From Phoronis australis (Eukaryota; Animalia; Phoronida), in assembly GCA_002633005.1 (NCBI GenBank), contig NMRA01000645.1, forward strand, positions 165,516 to 229,515: a stretch of 64,000 nucleotides of DNA, written 5' to 3'. Position numbers and translations under genes: made by a program. Positions 12,086-25,614 of this stretch are shown here, in pieces. The stretch's first letter is position 1. Each line of letters starts with the position of its first letter. The notes below the pieces were generated by a model. It searched no databases. It worked only from the letters and a program-made list of their open reading frames with translations, and was not told the DNA's origin.

Positions 12086-14253
12086 ACTGCACTTATGTCA
12101 CAGATTGGGTATTATGGTTATTGGTGAGTGGTCTTTCTCTACAGTTGCCTTGTAATTCGCGTAGGTCACGCTTTCCTGCATAGCAGACTTTGAAAGAAGT
12201 TTTCAAATTTTCCTCAAAACTTTTGAAGGTTGTTGAGGGTCATAGAGTTTGGTCTCCTTTTAAAATTTGTGTTTGCGCACATTGTGCTATGGCCTACAAA
12301 ACTCACCGGATCAGTTCGAAAATGTACCGTAATTTGAAAAATTAGCTTAAAATTAAAATTTGCACCCAGTTACATATGACCTGGCTTAAACCTTAGGACA
12401 GTTGTATTTGGAAACTTAGTTCCAGTTAATGACCTTTATGTCAGTTTGCCGCTTCCAGTGCATTTTAAATCATGAATCTACAAAAGTGACTGAGGTGTGC
12501 TACTGAGAATGAAAAATTTAGACATAATAGTATACAAATTCAATAAAAAGTTGTAAAATATAAAAGAAACTTGTAGCTATTGATCCCACAAGGTCTCTGA
12601 ATAAATCCGAACTTTGGAATCACATTTTTAGTCTTAACATCTGTCCTATTTGAAATTTGAGAGTCCTAGCTCAAAATTTGACTTTGCACTTAAATTGGTG
12701 ATCTTTGATGTATATTACTTGATTTGTGTCTGTGATCTTTTATGTACGGTAATCAGCAGGTGAATGTTGATGAAGATTGTCATTATGTAATAATGTTCAT
12801 TAGTGAAGCTTTGAAATTGTGGGAAAAGCAGTGTTTTGAAATTTTCATGTACAACTTTTCTTCCGGTGCATTATGGGCAGTAAAATGATATCCAAATGCT
12901 ATTCAGGACTATATATGAAGTTGTTGAACTTCTGTTTCAGAGATATTGGGCTTCAAAAGTGGGTGGCAAATACGAACATAACTAAGAACTATGATTAAAA
13001 CACATATAGAATACCGTAGCAGGACTCCCGGCTGCACTGACATGCGCAATTACCAAAGAATAATTGAGATTGTTAAGCTGAATTTGTCAACTGTGGCTGC
13101 CCTGTGTTGTCTTTTGAAACGTCTCCAAGATTCTTGTGTTTTCATTGAACAGATTGGTGAAAACACTAAATTTTAGGTTTTTGACTGAAAATGATTTAAA
13201 CTCAGGTTTCTCTTGTTCTTGTAGGCACACTCAGCTAACTAATAAAATGCACGCTTCCCAGTTCCCTGTATAATTTAAAACAGGATTGTTGTATTGATTT
13301 CAAGTCAGTTCGATTCTGAGGTGCCTGCTAGAAGGGTCTTGGTGGAGTCACCTGATAACTCTGATATTACTGATGCACACACAAGTATAATGCACACCTT
13401 GTAACTGATTGATGAGTGATTAATAACTCATTTGTTTGATTGGTGCTGGTGAATTGAAGTCACTTTGTAATCCATACTAAGACAGGAGCAGATTCGATTG
13501 TCGTTAGCATTTCATTAGTGGGCCTGTGCAGACTGTGTCGTCGTTGCTTGCCGGTTGATAGCATGATTCATCTACTCGCCTCATATTGTTGTGGGAGACG
13601 AATTCATCGTTTTTCGCGCTGAATCAGATTGTGTGGATTGCCAGTAGTCGCTGCGTCTCTCACCAAAGTTCAATGTGTGGATCTACTATAGTGTTTGGCC
13701 ATGACCAAAATTTAAGTGAATGAAGCTGTGAAACTTAGTACTTTTAAAGGATACACCTGATCAATCTATTGATTTAGAGTATTATAGCATGTGTCATACA
13801 GTACAGAATGAGCGAAGCTAGTGGGTGTCTGTTTGGTATTGCGAGATTTTCCTGGAGTGGGTTTCAAAGAATTTTCTTTCATGTTGGATTATGGAATAGT
13901 ACACAGTAGGTTGGGAACCAGATCCCTATGATGTTACATTTATGGAGAAACTTGAGAGGAAGTGCTAATTAATGCCTTTACATTGGCATCACAAGTTATT
14001 CTTCTTCAAGACATCAGTTTGTGTGTGCTGAATTTCAACACAAGCACGATAATCGAACTGCTGGTGGGAAGTAGTGCAAAGTTTTGAAAGTTGTCTTATG
14101 AAGTGAAGGGGTTTTATATTTGTGGTGGATACAGCAAGGTAGTCGAAGCTTTGGTGGAAGATTTTGTGCTGTTTAGTAAAATGGCCGAACCAATTACACC
14201 CGCTATGCCAGTGATGTAAATTGTTTTAGTTGATAAGGTAACTGCACAGAACA

Positions 14254-14322
14254 ATGTCACTGCCAGCTGTAGCACCAAGAATCTATTATTACCGACAGTC
14301 ACGTTGGCGTCATCACCTACAG
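14254..14322 (+). CDS. Candidate alternative first coding exon B of SCHIP1: MSLPAVAPRIYYYRQSRWRHHLQ
   Basis: acaATG start, 23 open codons, consensus donor cag|gtaagc in phase 0, compatible with exon 30887. Confidence 0.5.
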
Positions 14323-16939
14323 GTAAGCAGTCGGAGGTGAAATTGTCGGAAGAAGCTATGCTTTCAAGATGTGGTTTTCTTTGGTACGTTATGCAAATAA
14401 ATGAGAAGCTGTACCGTCAACATTTACCACAGAGTTAGCCCTCAGCGAAATACAAACATAGCACAATTTTCTTGTCGTGTTTTTTGCGTCCTTCCTTTCT
14501 GCGAATTCACTGGAATGACCATAGCATTCATTATTTTCACTCGCTGTGCATGTCGCTACCATTTTCTGTCAAAATGTAAGTACCACGGACTCTTGCGACA
14601 CTATGGCAATTCTTAACCAGTTTGGCACACAATATGATGGACAAGTGGAATTTTATTTTATCTAATTTTTCCCTTGAAACAACTTACATTTAAAATTACA
14701 GTCGATTTCAGCTCATTCTGTCATAAAACATTTTGCGTTTGAGAGGCTGAAAAAAGACCATTTTGACATTTATTTTTGTGTGAAAGAAGTACTACAGAGC
14801 AATCATTTGTCATTTAAAACAGGCAGAACTGGTTATTTTCAAACTTGGCTCAAGATTTCAAACATAACATGTAGGGTCAGAACACTGCTCTGTCATGTAT
14901 GAAGACAATTCTAAATTCAATCTGAAATGCATTTAACTCGGTATTACCTCCAGTGCAAATTTTTATGAATAATAAATTTTTATTCAAATTCATTAACATT
15001 TACATTATCATCACATGTCTAAGCACTTGTATTACAATATTTATGTGGATCTGTGATTGACGGTGCGACACCCTTGGCGGGGAAGCAGTGGGTCATTTGT
15101 CTGACAAACGAGAGATGATTAGCTGGCTTTAAAATGTTGTTGACATGTGTTTCTTTGCGGCTTTTGAGAAAAAGTCCTAAGACCTTTGCTGAAATTGATG
15201 CAGGCATAGGTTTGAAAATTAGTCGGCGTACAGACCAGACCCAACTATGCTTTTTGGCCTAACCTGCGCAAAAGTTGCTGCAGGCTTTTTCAATGTCACT
15301 ACATAAAATAACTCAATGACTGTGGACTACATGTGAATATGTTAATAATGAAATGCACTCAGTAACCTAAGTAACCACTGGACGGGCTTTATGTGACCAA
15401 TAATAGAATATAACTGTATGTTGTATGCTATAAATGTTGGTGTCATGAGAACTGTGTTCAGCTATGACTGCCTTCTCCACGGTTATTGGGTGCATGTTTA
15501 CTTGAATTGAAAATCATCAGTTGTCTTTGTGCTGAGTTGCATGTTCCGCTAAATCTTCAACACCGGTTTCCTCCGCAGGGACCAGAGTGACTGAATATAT
15601 GTGTGCAGTTGAAGCAATAAGTAGAATGTAACGTTTACTCAAAAATATGCCTGCACAGATAATGTGTAAAAATACAGCCTAAGCTATGGTATATGAAGAC
15701 TGGGGTGTGGTAATTTTAGCTGCTCCGGGCCATCACAATTTTTCTCATCCACGGCAGTCACCAAAATGCTTTGTTTTCCCAGCCCAGACATTCGGTGAAG
15801 CCTACACCCTTGAGGTGAAGGGCCTTGATTTGTATGGCAGCTCCCTTAGGCTTCAGGTTTGTTAGGTTTATTTTAAAGTATCATCTCGCCTTCATCTATA
15901 GGGTATGCAGGGTGTCCAAACGGACACACCGACCCAAATGTACACACGCTAGTTGGGACGCCTAGTTCAGCATTTAGATACCCAAGTAAAGTAAGCAAAT
16001 AAGAATGGTTGTCTCTTCTAACTTGTCAGCAGCAGCCCTGGAAGCGTATTGGCCTGTTCAGGATAAAGCGGTTGTTTAGAAAGGAGGAAACATATTGGTC
16101 ATGGACGCCCTGAGAAATTGGGAAACCTATTTTGGACGGCCTTTTTAAAATCCTGCATTGTAGTGGTGTGGCATTATACAGAATGTTAAGATTTTTTTCA
16201 TAGTTAAATTAGTAAACTGTTTAATTCATAATAAAGTTTCATTTTTGTTAAAATTATCCTGCGTTGTACTGTAGTGAGTACTAACACGCGTCAATTTGAG
16301 CTTGATTCACCACCATACTTAATACTTGTGATGAGAATGTGTGGTCCTTTAATGGGAATTGTTTGAAGGCGCCCAATTTGTTCTGTCATTTTCAGGCTAA
16401 TTTGACATAAGCATTGTGGATCATTTCTTCATTTATCTTCATGTTTTCTTGGAGGCAGGAAAGAGATTATTGATTCTCTTCATTTTATCAAAAGGACAAA
16501 TGTACTATAGCTTTTGAAAAAAGTCGGCAGATTTTGTAAAAAGCCGTCTCCAGCCTTTGTCAAAGCTGTGGCAAAAACCCAGAAGAGAAACAGACACAAA
16601 AACACTAAAATTAACATGAAATTTCGCTTAAAATTTTTCACCATTTTTTTACCACCAGACAATATTTTGAGGGCATTCACTGTAATGTTAGAAATCCTTG
16701 AAAAATGAAAAGAGGCAATTTTTGGCATTTATTTTTGTTCGATACCGATATGATTTATTGGTGAGATTTATTGATAGATTTTGCATGTTTTGAAGGTAGC
16801 TCAGGAGTAACCCTTAACTAAATGGTCTTGACACTTGTAAGTGATAATGACCGCTTTCATCTTGAAAGCATGTCCAGAGAGTACACTATGTTATTTACTT
16901 GGTGAAATGAAAGTTCTCCAAGTAAGTAAGTTGCTTTGA

Positions 16940-17720
16940 CATAAAATTTTTGTTTGTTTCTTTTTTTCTTTGTTTGCACGCTACAGATCACAATTCTTAT
17001 TGGATCAACGGAAATACGCACACAACATGTTTCGTGAATGGTTCGAAGTCTGTTGTTTTTGGTTGAAATCAGATACACGATAGCGCTGAGGTGACCAGTT
17101 TTCCATTTTTTGTTTGCGGAACCATAGCTCCGTTGGTTTTGGTTGTATTTTTCTGATTTTTTTCTGTGGATATATCATTCCAAATGGCTCATTTGTTTCT
17201 CTCTAGGTCTTACTGTTCTTGAGTTATTCGAGATTTTCGGAGGAGTGGTCTCCAAATAGCTGAGTTTTTTTGCCGTATCTTTGGCGTCCCTTGACAGATC
17301 TGTCTGAAATTTGGCATGTGAATAGATCTTTTCAAGCCCTATCAGCACTGTGCAACCTGTTTCTTGCTACAACTAACAGTTCTCGGGATATTCAAGATTT
17401 ACTACTCAGATGACTGCTCTTTTGTTGACTAAGTTAATTACAGCTGCACTTTGTTATGCTATCATATTTGTGCTAGAGATCGGAGTTTTCGTCTGATCGA
17501 CTTGAAATTTAGGCACAGTGTTTACTAGTCAATAGCCCGAAAAAGGTTTGTCCGCAAGGGGGCGCTGTGACACACATTTTCCGAATTATGTATGCGGAGC
17601 TTTGCGATCCTTTGACCGAACCTTTTCGAATCTGGTACGTAAATAGATGTCCTTACAGGCTGTCTGATACCTTAGTGTAATAAGCATAGGTGTCATGATT
17701 GTTTATGTTCTTGGTTTCGT
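16940..17720. mobile_element. Probable Helentron-associated (HINE/DINE-like) non-autonomous element
   Basis: (tttg)n-like start and recurring gatc...gaaatttggca-type subrepeats, as seen in such elements. Confidence 0.35.
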
Positions 17721-18754
17721 CGTCGATATCACCTTCAAATTTTAAATTTCTTTCACCAAGTGTCCCTCTTCATGGGGCTTTCATTTTGTATTGCTCAAAT
17801 GATCGAATATTGCAAAGGTTGGAAAATAGTACATGTTTTTACGAAAACGCTCTGTACTGATTAATTTTGATGTGTGTATAGCTGATTAACTTTAGTAGTT
17901 TGAAAGGAATTTGGCACAGTAGAATCACCTTCCTGCACATGAACACCTGTTCATGGGACTTAACTTATGCAGCTATCACATGGCATCTGCTTCCTAGTTT
18001 CAAATTTGCAAAAATATGTTAAATGTGGTAACCATGACAACTGTGTCCCTTGCACTGTCCATGCCATTGGTTGCCTGCTTTTACTGATTACTGTGTAATG
18101 AGTTGACAGTCTGAAGTGCACCATGTGGGAGTTTGTGGTTGGGCAATGTGGGCTTTGTTCAAATTGATTTTTAACTCGTTTTGGCAAATGTTTCTGCAGG
18201 GTAGGCAGCTTGTTTGTTAATTTTTTTTCAAAGACTTGCTTAGATTTTCAGTTATATACAAAAAGGTGAAATGTTGGTGAATCATTTGTTAATTTTTATG
18301 TTGATTATTATATTACCACAAAGTATAATCTGTTAGTGAAACGGAATGTTTTGCAAAGTAAAAATATTTATGCTGTCACCCCTAGTTTTTGGGTTATTCT
18401 GAAATCACCAGAAAAGTTTCAGCTGTGTCCACTGTATTGCTGCCAGAGTAACATTTGGGAGATTTTATTTTGTCAGGATTTCAAGTGGTCTTTGCATTGT
18501 ACAATAGACAAGTCAAGTTCATTAAGAACTTTAGGCCATCTGTTGTCTCAACATTGGTGTGAAAAGTTCACTCTGAAGATTTCAAGAGGCTTATCATATC
18601 ACTGTTTGCTGTTAAGTTGAGGAATGGCATCTTGTTCATAAATTTGCTCCTGGTTTTGTAGCAAAATTCAGTCAGCAGTTATGTCTTTGTAAATGGAAAA
18701 TGAGCTGTTCAATGGATGTGTCGTGTAGTAGTTACCTGGCGACTTTAGAAAAGT

Positions 18755-18780
18755 ATGGCATCAGGACATCAAACAGTTTG
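18755..18780 (+). CDS. Candidate alternative first coding exon C1 of SCHIP1 (MASGHQTV, phase 2)
   Basis: agtATGg start and donor ttg|gtaagt. In frame with microexon 18987-19008. Confidence 0.35.
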
Positions 18781-18986
18781 GTAAGTGTTTTACTGATGTA
18801 GAAAATAGGCTTGAATGCTTCCAAAGTGTTACAGGTATGTAGGAACCTAGAAAAATTCCAAAATTCACTATCTTCCTAACATCATATCTCAGAAATGGTT
18901 GATTGGCTTCACAAGTCTACAATATTCGAAAACGAAAATAGACTTCATGAAACTGTAGCAGCGTTTTTGAGATTTCATTTTGACAG

Positions 18987-19008
18987 TGCTGTAGTGGTAA
19001 AATTAGAG
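18987..19008 (+). CDS. Candidate 22-nt microexon C2 (phase 2/0): AVVVKLE
   Basis: Acceptor tttcattttgacag and consensus donor gag|gtaagt. Restores frame into exon 30887. Confidence 0.45.
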
Positions 19009-19507
19009 GTAAGTAGGCACCCACAGCCCACTGTATCACATTGAGCACTGAACATAACTTACGGTGCGTAGGCGCTACGTTCAAATACCAAAAGGTGGTT
19101 GGCTGCGCCTGCGTGCGCCTACGCCCCACTACAGCACTGCATTTTGAATTTTTCTATCCAACAATCAAACACAGGCATGTTTAAAACTGTTAGTGTGTCC
19201 AAATGACAGCAGGCCGGCCTGTTTCAAATTTCTTAAGTCACTTTTCATAAAACTGGCCCAAGCACTAACGATGTGTTCCGTGCACGCAAGACAGTCGTGA
19301 GAACCTTACAGTCAGACATTTTTGCTTAGTATGGAATACATGCTGTGAATTTTCCCTCATAATTCAACATTCGATCCTCACCGACCTGTCATGTCAGGGA
19401 CAGCCATTTTGCTTGTCTATGCAAGTAAGGTCTTGAGATTAGTCATAAAACTCACCTTTTATTCACATTATTTTGGGTGCTCTTACCCGATCTTGTTTTT
19501 GATAAAG

Positions 19508-22330
19508 AAACATTGACATATCTAGCAGATACATGTATCTCTTATTAACAAATCAATATGGAAACTGTAATGCAAACCATATCATCAGGGTACTAAGAAA
19601 TGCATGAGCTGGCTTGGTGTGTATAAACAGTAACGTTAATACCCGTAGGGGTATGTCAAAGGTACATTAGGTCTGCTCGAGTTAATATCGTAGGTGCCAT
19701 GCAGATTATCCCTTGGAGGGACGCACTTGACAGGTCTACAAAGTATCCATTTTTTGCACATATTGTAACTAGTATTTTTGAGTGTTAAAAAGCTTGTTTA
19801 GCATTTTTTTGATTCGAATTCAATGAAGTTGCATTTCATACAGTTGAATTATGTTAAAGAGAACAACTTTTATGAATGGGAGGCTTTCACTGCAACTGAA
19901 AATGGACCTTTTTAACTGCGCTATCTCTCTAAAAGGGTGGTTTATCATTCCAACTCATGTGATTATCACAACTTTTCCTAGCTAGTACTTCTGGAGTAAC
20001 TAAGCATCTATACTGGCTAACATAGCAACCAGGTAAAAAATATTGTTTTCAAGCTATTGGCTGGTGAACATTGGAAGATGTGCTGGATCGTTTGCCAACC
20101 ACACCTGAGTGAGGCTCGTGCACTGTCACGCTCAAGTTGCGTCATTATCAAACCCTCTCAAATTTGAACACTTCAGTGTACAAAATTGTATGCGTTACCA
20201 TAAGCACTATGACCTGTAACAGAATGATACTGAGGCCGAATTGTATTACAACTTGAAGTGAAGTAATTTCAAAATTATTTCAACCGTACATATGCGTGAA
20301 AAGGACATCAATTGTTGCTTCATCAACTTCAGACTTCATTCGGTAACTTTATACGAACGCCAAGTAACACCCAATGCACCCTATAGGCCATTCGAAGAAA
20401 ATGGACTACTTATCAAGTGTGAATTAGTTCTCAAGGGAATATGAATAGTTTGCAAAAATTCCATGTCTAAGGTTTCAAAAATCATTAATTAGTTTCGTCA
20501 CCTTTTGACAACCTCATTACACAGAGATCTGTAATTTGCGAAAAATAATTATGACTAATCCCTCTCCATAACTAGTACAGGGGAAGATGACAACCATGCT
20601 CCTTGCGATCCTAGCAGCAAAAATAAATTTGAAAGTCCCATGTTGGACCAATTTTACCACTTTCCAATAGGGGGCATTCTACATACATCTCTGTAGCATT
20701 GCAAGAGCACTAAAGTTTCTTCGCTTGACCAAATGTCTAGTTCTGGTATGCAAGATGAGCGAGTTGACAAGGTTGAAATGCAAATTTTGTGCGACTCGTT
20801 TAAATATCCAACCACATAATAGTGGCAATTTGACAACGTGATGAATGCAAAAAATTTGTAAAAAGCCGGAAATATTCCACTGCATTTAAATTCACACAAA
20901 AATGGAGAACGTTGTCCCATCAACTACCCNAAACATTGACAGATCTAGCAGATACGTGTATCTCTTATTAACAAATCAATATGGAAACTGTAATGCAAAC
21001 CATATCATCAGGATACTAAGAAATGCATGAGCTGGCTTGGTGTGTATGAACAGTAACACTAATACCCGTAGGGGTATGTCAAAGGTACATTAGGTCTGCT
21101 CCAGTTAATATCGTAGGTGCCATGCAGATTATCCCTTGGAGGGAGCACTTGACAGGTCTACAAAGTATCCATTTTTTGCACATATTGTAACTAGTATTTT
21201 TGAGTGTTAAAAAGCTTGTGTAGCATTTTTTAAATTTGAATTCAATGAAGTTGCATTTCATACAGCTGAATTATGTTAAAGAGAACAACTTTTATGAATG
21301 GGTGGCTTTCACTACAATTGAAAATGGACCTTTTTAACTGCGCTATCTCTCTAAAAGGGTGGTTTATCATTCCCTTTTTTCCTAGCTAGTACTTCTGGAG
21401 TAACTAAGCATCTATACTGGCTAACATCGCCTCCAGGTAAAAAATATTGTTTTCAAGCTATTGGCTGGTGAACATTGGAATATGTGCTGGATCGTTTGCC
21501 AACCACACATGAGTGAGGCTCGTGCACTGTCATGCTCAAGTTGCGCCATTATCAAACCCGCTCAAATTTGAACACTGTGTACAAAATTGTATGTGTTACC
21601 ATAAGCACTATGACCTGTAACAGAATGATACTGAGGCTGAATTGTATTACGACTTGAAGTGAAGTAATTTCAAAATTATTTCAACCATACATATGCGTGA
21701 AAAGGACATCAATTGTTGCTTCATCAACTTCAGACTTCATCCAGTAACTTTATACGAAAGCCAAGTAACACCCAATGCACCCTGTAGGCCATTCGAAGAA
21801 AAAGGACTACTTATCAAGTGTGAATTAGTTCTCAAGGGAATATGAATAGTTTGCAAAAATTCCATGTCTTAGGTTTCAAAAATCATTAATTAGTTTCGTC
21901 ACCTTTTGACAACCTCATTACACAGAGATCTGTAATTTGCGAAAAATAATTATGACTAATCCCTCTCCATAACTAGTACAGGGGAAGATGACAACCATGC
22001 TCCTTGCGATCCTAGCAGCAAAAATAAATTTGAAAGTCCCATGTTGGACCAATTTTACCACTTTCCAATAGGGGGCATTCTACATACATCTCTGTAGCAT
22101 TGCAAGAGCACTAAAGTTTCTTCGCTTGACCAAATGTCTAGTTCTGGTATGCAAGATGAGCGAGTTGACAAGGTTGAAATGCAAATTTTGTGCGACTCGT
22201 TTAAATATCCAACCACATAATAGTGGCAATTTGACAACGTGATGAACGCAAAGAATTTGTAAAAAGCCGGAAATATTCCACTGCATTTAAATTCACACAA
22301 AAATGGAGAACGTTGTCCCATCAACTACCC
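19508..22330. repeat. 1.4-kb tandem duplication joined by a single n at 20930 (probable haplotype artefact)
   Basis: 19508-20929 and 20931-22330 are near-identical, with scattered SNPs and small indels. Confidence 0.9.
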
Positions 22331-23896
22331 AATCGACATCTATTGGCAAGGAGGAATATTCCATCATATAGCTCAACTGTTTTGGAAAATGGCTGTTGCT
22401 TTTATTCAAAGGTGTTAATGCACCTAGCTTCAGTCAAAATCCAACTTAGATTTTGTCCACTTACTGTTTTAAAGTATGTCTCTGTTGTGTTTGTTATTAG
22501 TTGAAACCCTCAGCACTGTGGCTGGAAAAGGCTGGTTCCTTGACTTAATGTTAGATGGGGAATTTGCTCACTGGTATATTGGGAATTCAAAACGGAAGTG
22601 AAGGATGAATGTGCTATAAACCACCTTTTGTTTAATTACTCATTGGATTATTAACCCAGATTGTCTGTCAAGGGACTTGTACAATGTATGAGGACAGGTT
22701 TCGTGGAAAATGTCTTGTGAAAACATTTATCCTTGCGCAAGGTCAATTTAATAGAAATCTGTCTAATGTGTCTACCGTATCTTCGTGGACCGTAAGAACT
22801 GTTTGCTGTTACTTTGCCATGTCATTGCTCATTGATCTTCTGTCGCCCGTGTCGACCAGCAGAAAAGAATTGCTTTTTACTGGAACAACTAGGTCATTTA
22901 AAATCGCACTTCGCCCCGTTTGGCTGGAAGAAAAGCGGAAGTTGTAAAATGATAGGGCCAACCATTATTTTCATAATTTGCCCGCTGAATTTTGAGACAA
23001 ATGCCATCATGGCAAAAAATTAATGCAGTTTCATAATGTTATGTAATTAGCAAATTACTCAATTCTACCCAAGCAGTAAGTGGGAAGGAAACCAACTTAA
23101 AACTTCAACTAACAACAAAATTTTTGTTTCGGCATCATAAGTTTGGATGTCAAGTAAGCTTTCATCAATTTATGACACACAGGTGAACAAGTCTCATATT
23201 TTCTTATTTTCTCTGTCAATAACATACAGCACCAAGTTGATGCTTTTCCATGTTCAAGTTTGTGTCATATTTACATCCCCAAAGTATTTTGAAAAAACTA
23301 CATCTATGTTAGATCCCCTTGAGAAATTAAAAGAGCAATGTTGACGTTTTTATGTTTGAAGTGGATGTAATCTGATCATGCATATGAGAGAAAATATCAT
23401 ATTCAAATACTTAAGCAGAAAATAGGGAAGAAAAATGTCCAGCGAACTTTGTGTCCTCTTGTGAGGTACAAACAATGAATAACCAATAAACTTGAACATC
23501 ATTGTAATTCACTCAGTACATATAGTGCAAATTGATTTTAATTGATATTGCATTAAGCTTAAAATTCTTGTAACATGGATTTAATTAACTTAAATATTAA
23601 TTATTAAAATTTAATATAAGTGACTGGTATAGTATGGTGTTCCATTGATTTGAAACTGTGGTCATTTGAATTCAGAAACCATCATCAAATGAAAGTTTTG
23701 ATTTATATTGAAATCTGTTTGATTACTTCCTGATTAACTTAATTTTCCTCGTTAAATCATTAGTACTAATTGCCTGAAAATCACATCATTCTATTATATT
23801 ATTAATGCTATAAATGTACAACTTGAGCAATAGGTCTGCCACAGCTTGATGCATTATGCAACTTGTACATAAAGACCATTTAGCCTCTCTCTGTGT

Positions 23897-24122
23897 GCCT
23901 TTCATACTAACGTCGATGCGTCAATGTTTTGGGGAGTTGCGGTCAGTATGAACGGTTAAATTCGGTCCTGGATCGAAGTTAAAAGCACCAGTTAATTTTG
24001 CACCAAACAGATGGATTTAATAGCAGAGCGTCGATGCTGCGGTGCAGTATGAACGGTCAATTTCGTTCACATCGACATCGCCAGGTGCCACTGTTATCGT
24101 CAACAATTATAGGGTAGTGTGT
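23897..24122 (+). mobile_element. 5' fragment of the 42579-43103 MITE family
   Basis: Directly alignable: gcctttcatactaacgtcga...ggatcgaagtt...gcggtgcagtatgaacgg. Confidence 0.8.
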
Positions 24123-25299
24123 AAAAAGTTCAAATCCATAGTTTAAGTTGTTAAGGAGTTATAGAGATCTATACAAAAGTTGGAAAGAATAATATGAAAA
24201 ATACGAAAACCCCTGAACACAGTATTCAGTGCATTAACATGCATAGTAATTTTAATTACTACTATTTTGTAATTTTTAAAAATTAAATTACAAAATATCA
24301 AATGTAACTATTTATTCATTAACAAAAGAATAAACAAACCTTAATGAGCATCACTTGTTGAGAAATTTGTCGTCTTCTAGCTCCATATTCTTAAAATTAT
24401 TTCTTTAGTTTTCAAACCAGGCGGCATCAAATAAGTTTTACTCAAATAATTTTTTCTATGGCATTGAAATAGCCATTTTACAATGTAGTCATGAGATGTT
24501 GAAATTTGCTATGTCATTAGATGGTGCTTAAGTGTTCTATGTGCCACCTGCAGTGTAGATGTAACTTGTACTGAGTTTTTGATGAAAGTTAGCATTTTTT
24601 GTCCTTGCCATACTGTCAGATTACCATTACTGTATACTGGTATGTTCAAAGGATTCAGCTAAAAAAATTCCAAAGTTGCTAAATGTCTGCGTGTGATGGA
24701 ACTTGTGTTTTGTCTTCGTTAACTTTCCCATCTTCATCACCAGACTTTGAAAATTGGTTTCCACATGAGTCGCTTTTGTGTCATCTGAATTGTAAAGAAT
24801 TGTTTGTGGAGTTGGTATTTAGCAGGAAGTTAATTAAGGATTGCTTCAGGATAGGCAAACATTGTACAGGGTTGTGTATGAATACACTAAGCGAAGTATT
24901 CTTGGGATTGTGTGGTTTAACTTAATCCAGGACAATAGCTTGCAAATATTATCACTAAATATGAATAGCATTCTAGGATCTGTTGCAGTTAGGTATTTGC
25001 TTGGAAATTTTGTTGAAACAAAGGTCTTTGTTTCGAAAATTGAGAGGTATGCAAAATATACAAACGTGTCATTACTAGCAGATAATTTAGTAATGATAGA
25101 AATGTCTATAACTTCTGTGGCATCTAACTTGCAAATAAAGTGTCTGCTCTGGCAGAGGATGTGATGAACAAAAAGCAAATTCTTTCTGATAGAATTTTAA
25201 ACTTACAGTGAAAGAAAAAAGGTAATCGACAAAATATATTTTCCATGTCATAATTCTGTAACAACAAAAATTACTGGTGATAATTACTTTTATGGCAGT

Positions 25300-25614
25300 A
25301 TATAAATAGGTAAATAAAACAACAAGAATGGATCAACTGAAATTTTCGGATATAATAACGTCCTTTGTCAACAAAAACATGACATTTAAGATGTGGCGTA
25401 ATGAATATGTTACATTGTTGCATAAAAAATTCAGTGATATAATTTAAGAAGTTTTTACGCAAAAATGTATCATATTCATTACGCCTACATCTTGAATGTC
25501 AATTGTCATATAGTGTTTGATTTTACTTTATTTCCGTTTCTGTTGACAAAGGACGTTATTATATCCGAAAATTTCAGTTGATCCATTCTTGTTGTTTTAT
25601 TTACCTATTTATAT
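25300..25614. repeat. Fold-back hairpin with perfect 74-bp inverted arms
   Basis: 25300-25373 is the exact reverse complement of 25541-25614. Inner arms 25381-25409 and 25471-25500 also pair. Confidence 0.9.

Noticed and set aside
20654-22324. Repeated 89-aa and 68-aa ORFs here, and similar pairs at 31611-33994
   Set aside because: They recur only because of the artefactual duplications and have no coding hallmarks.
24683-25178. Overlapping 80-110 aa ORFs on both strands
   Set aside because: No recognisable homology and no in-frame donor linking them to SCHIP1.
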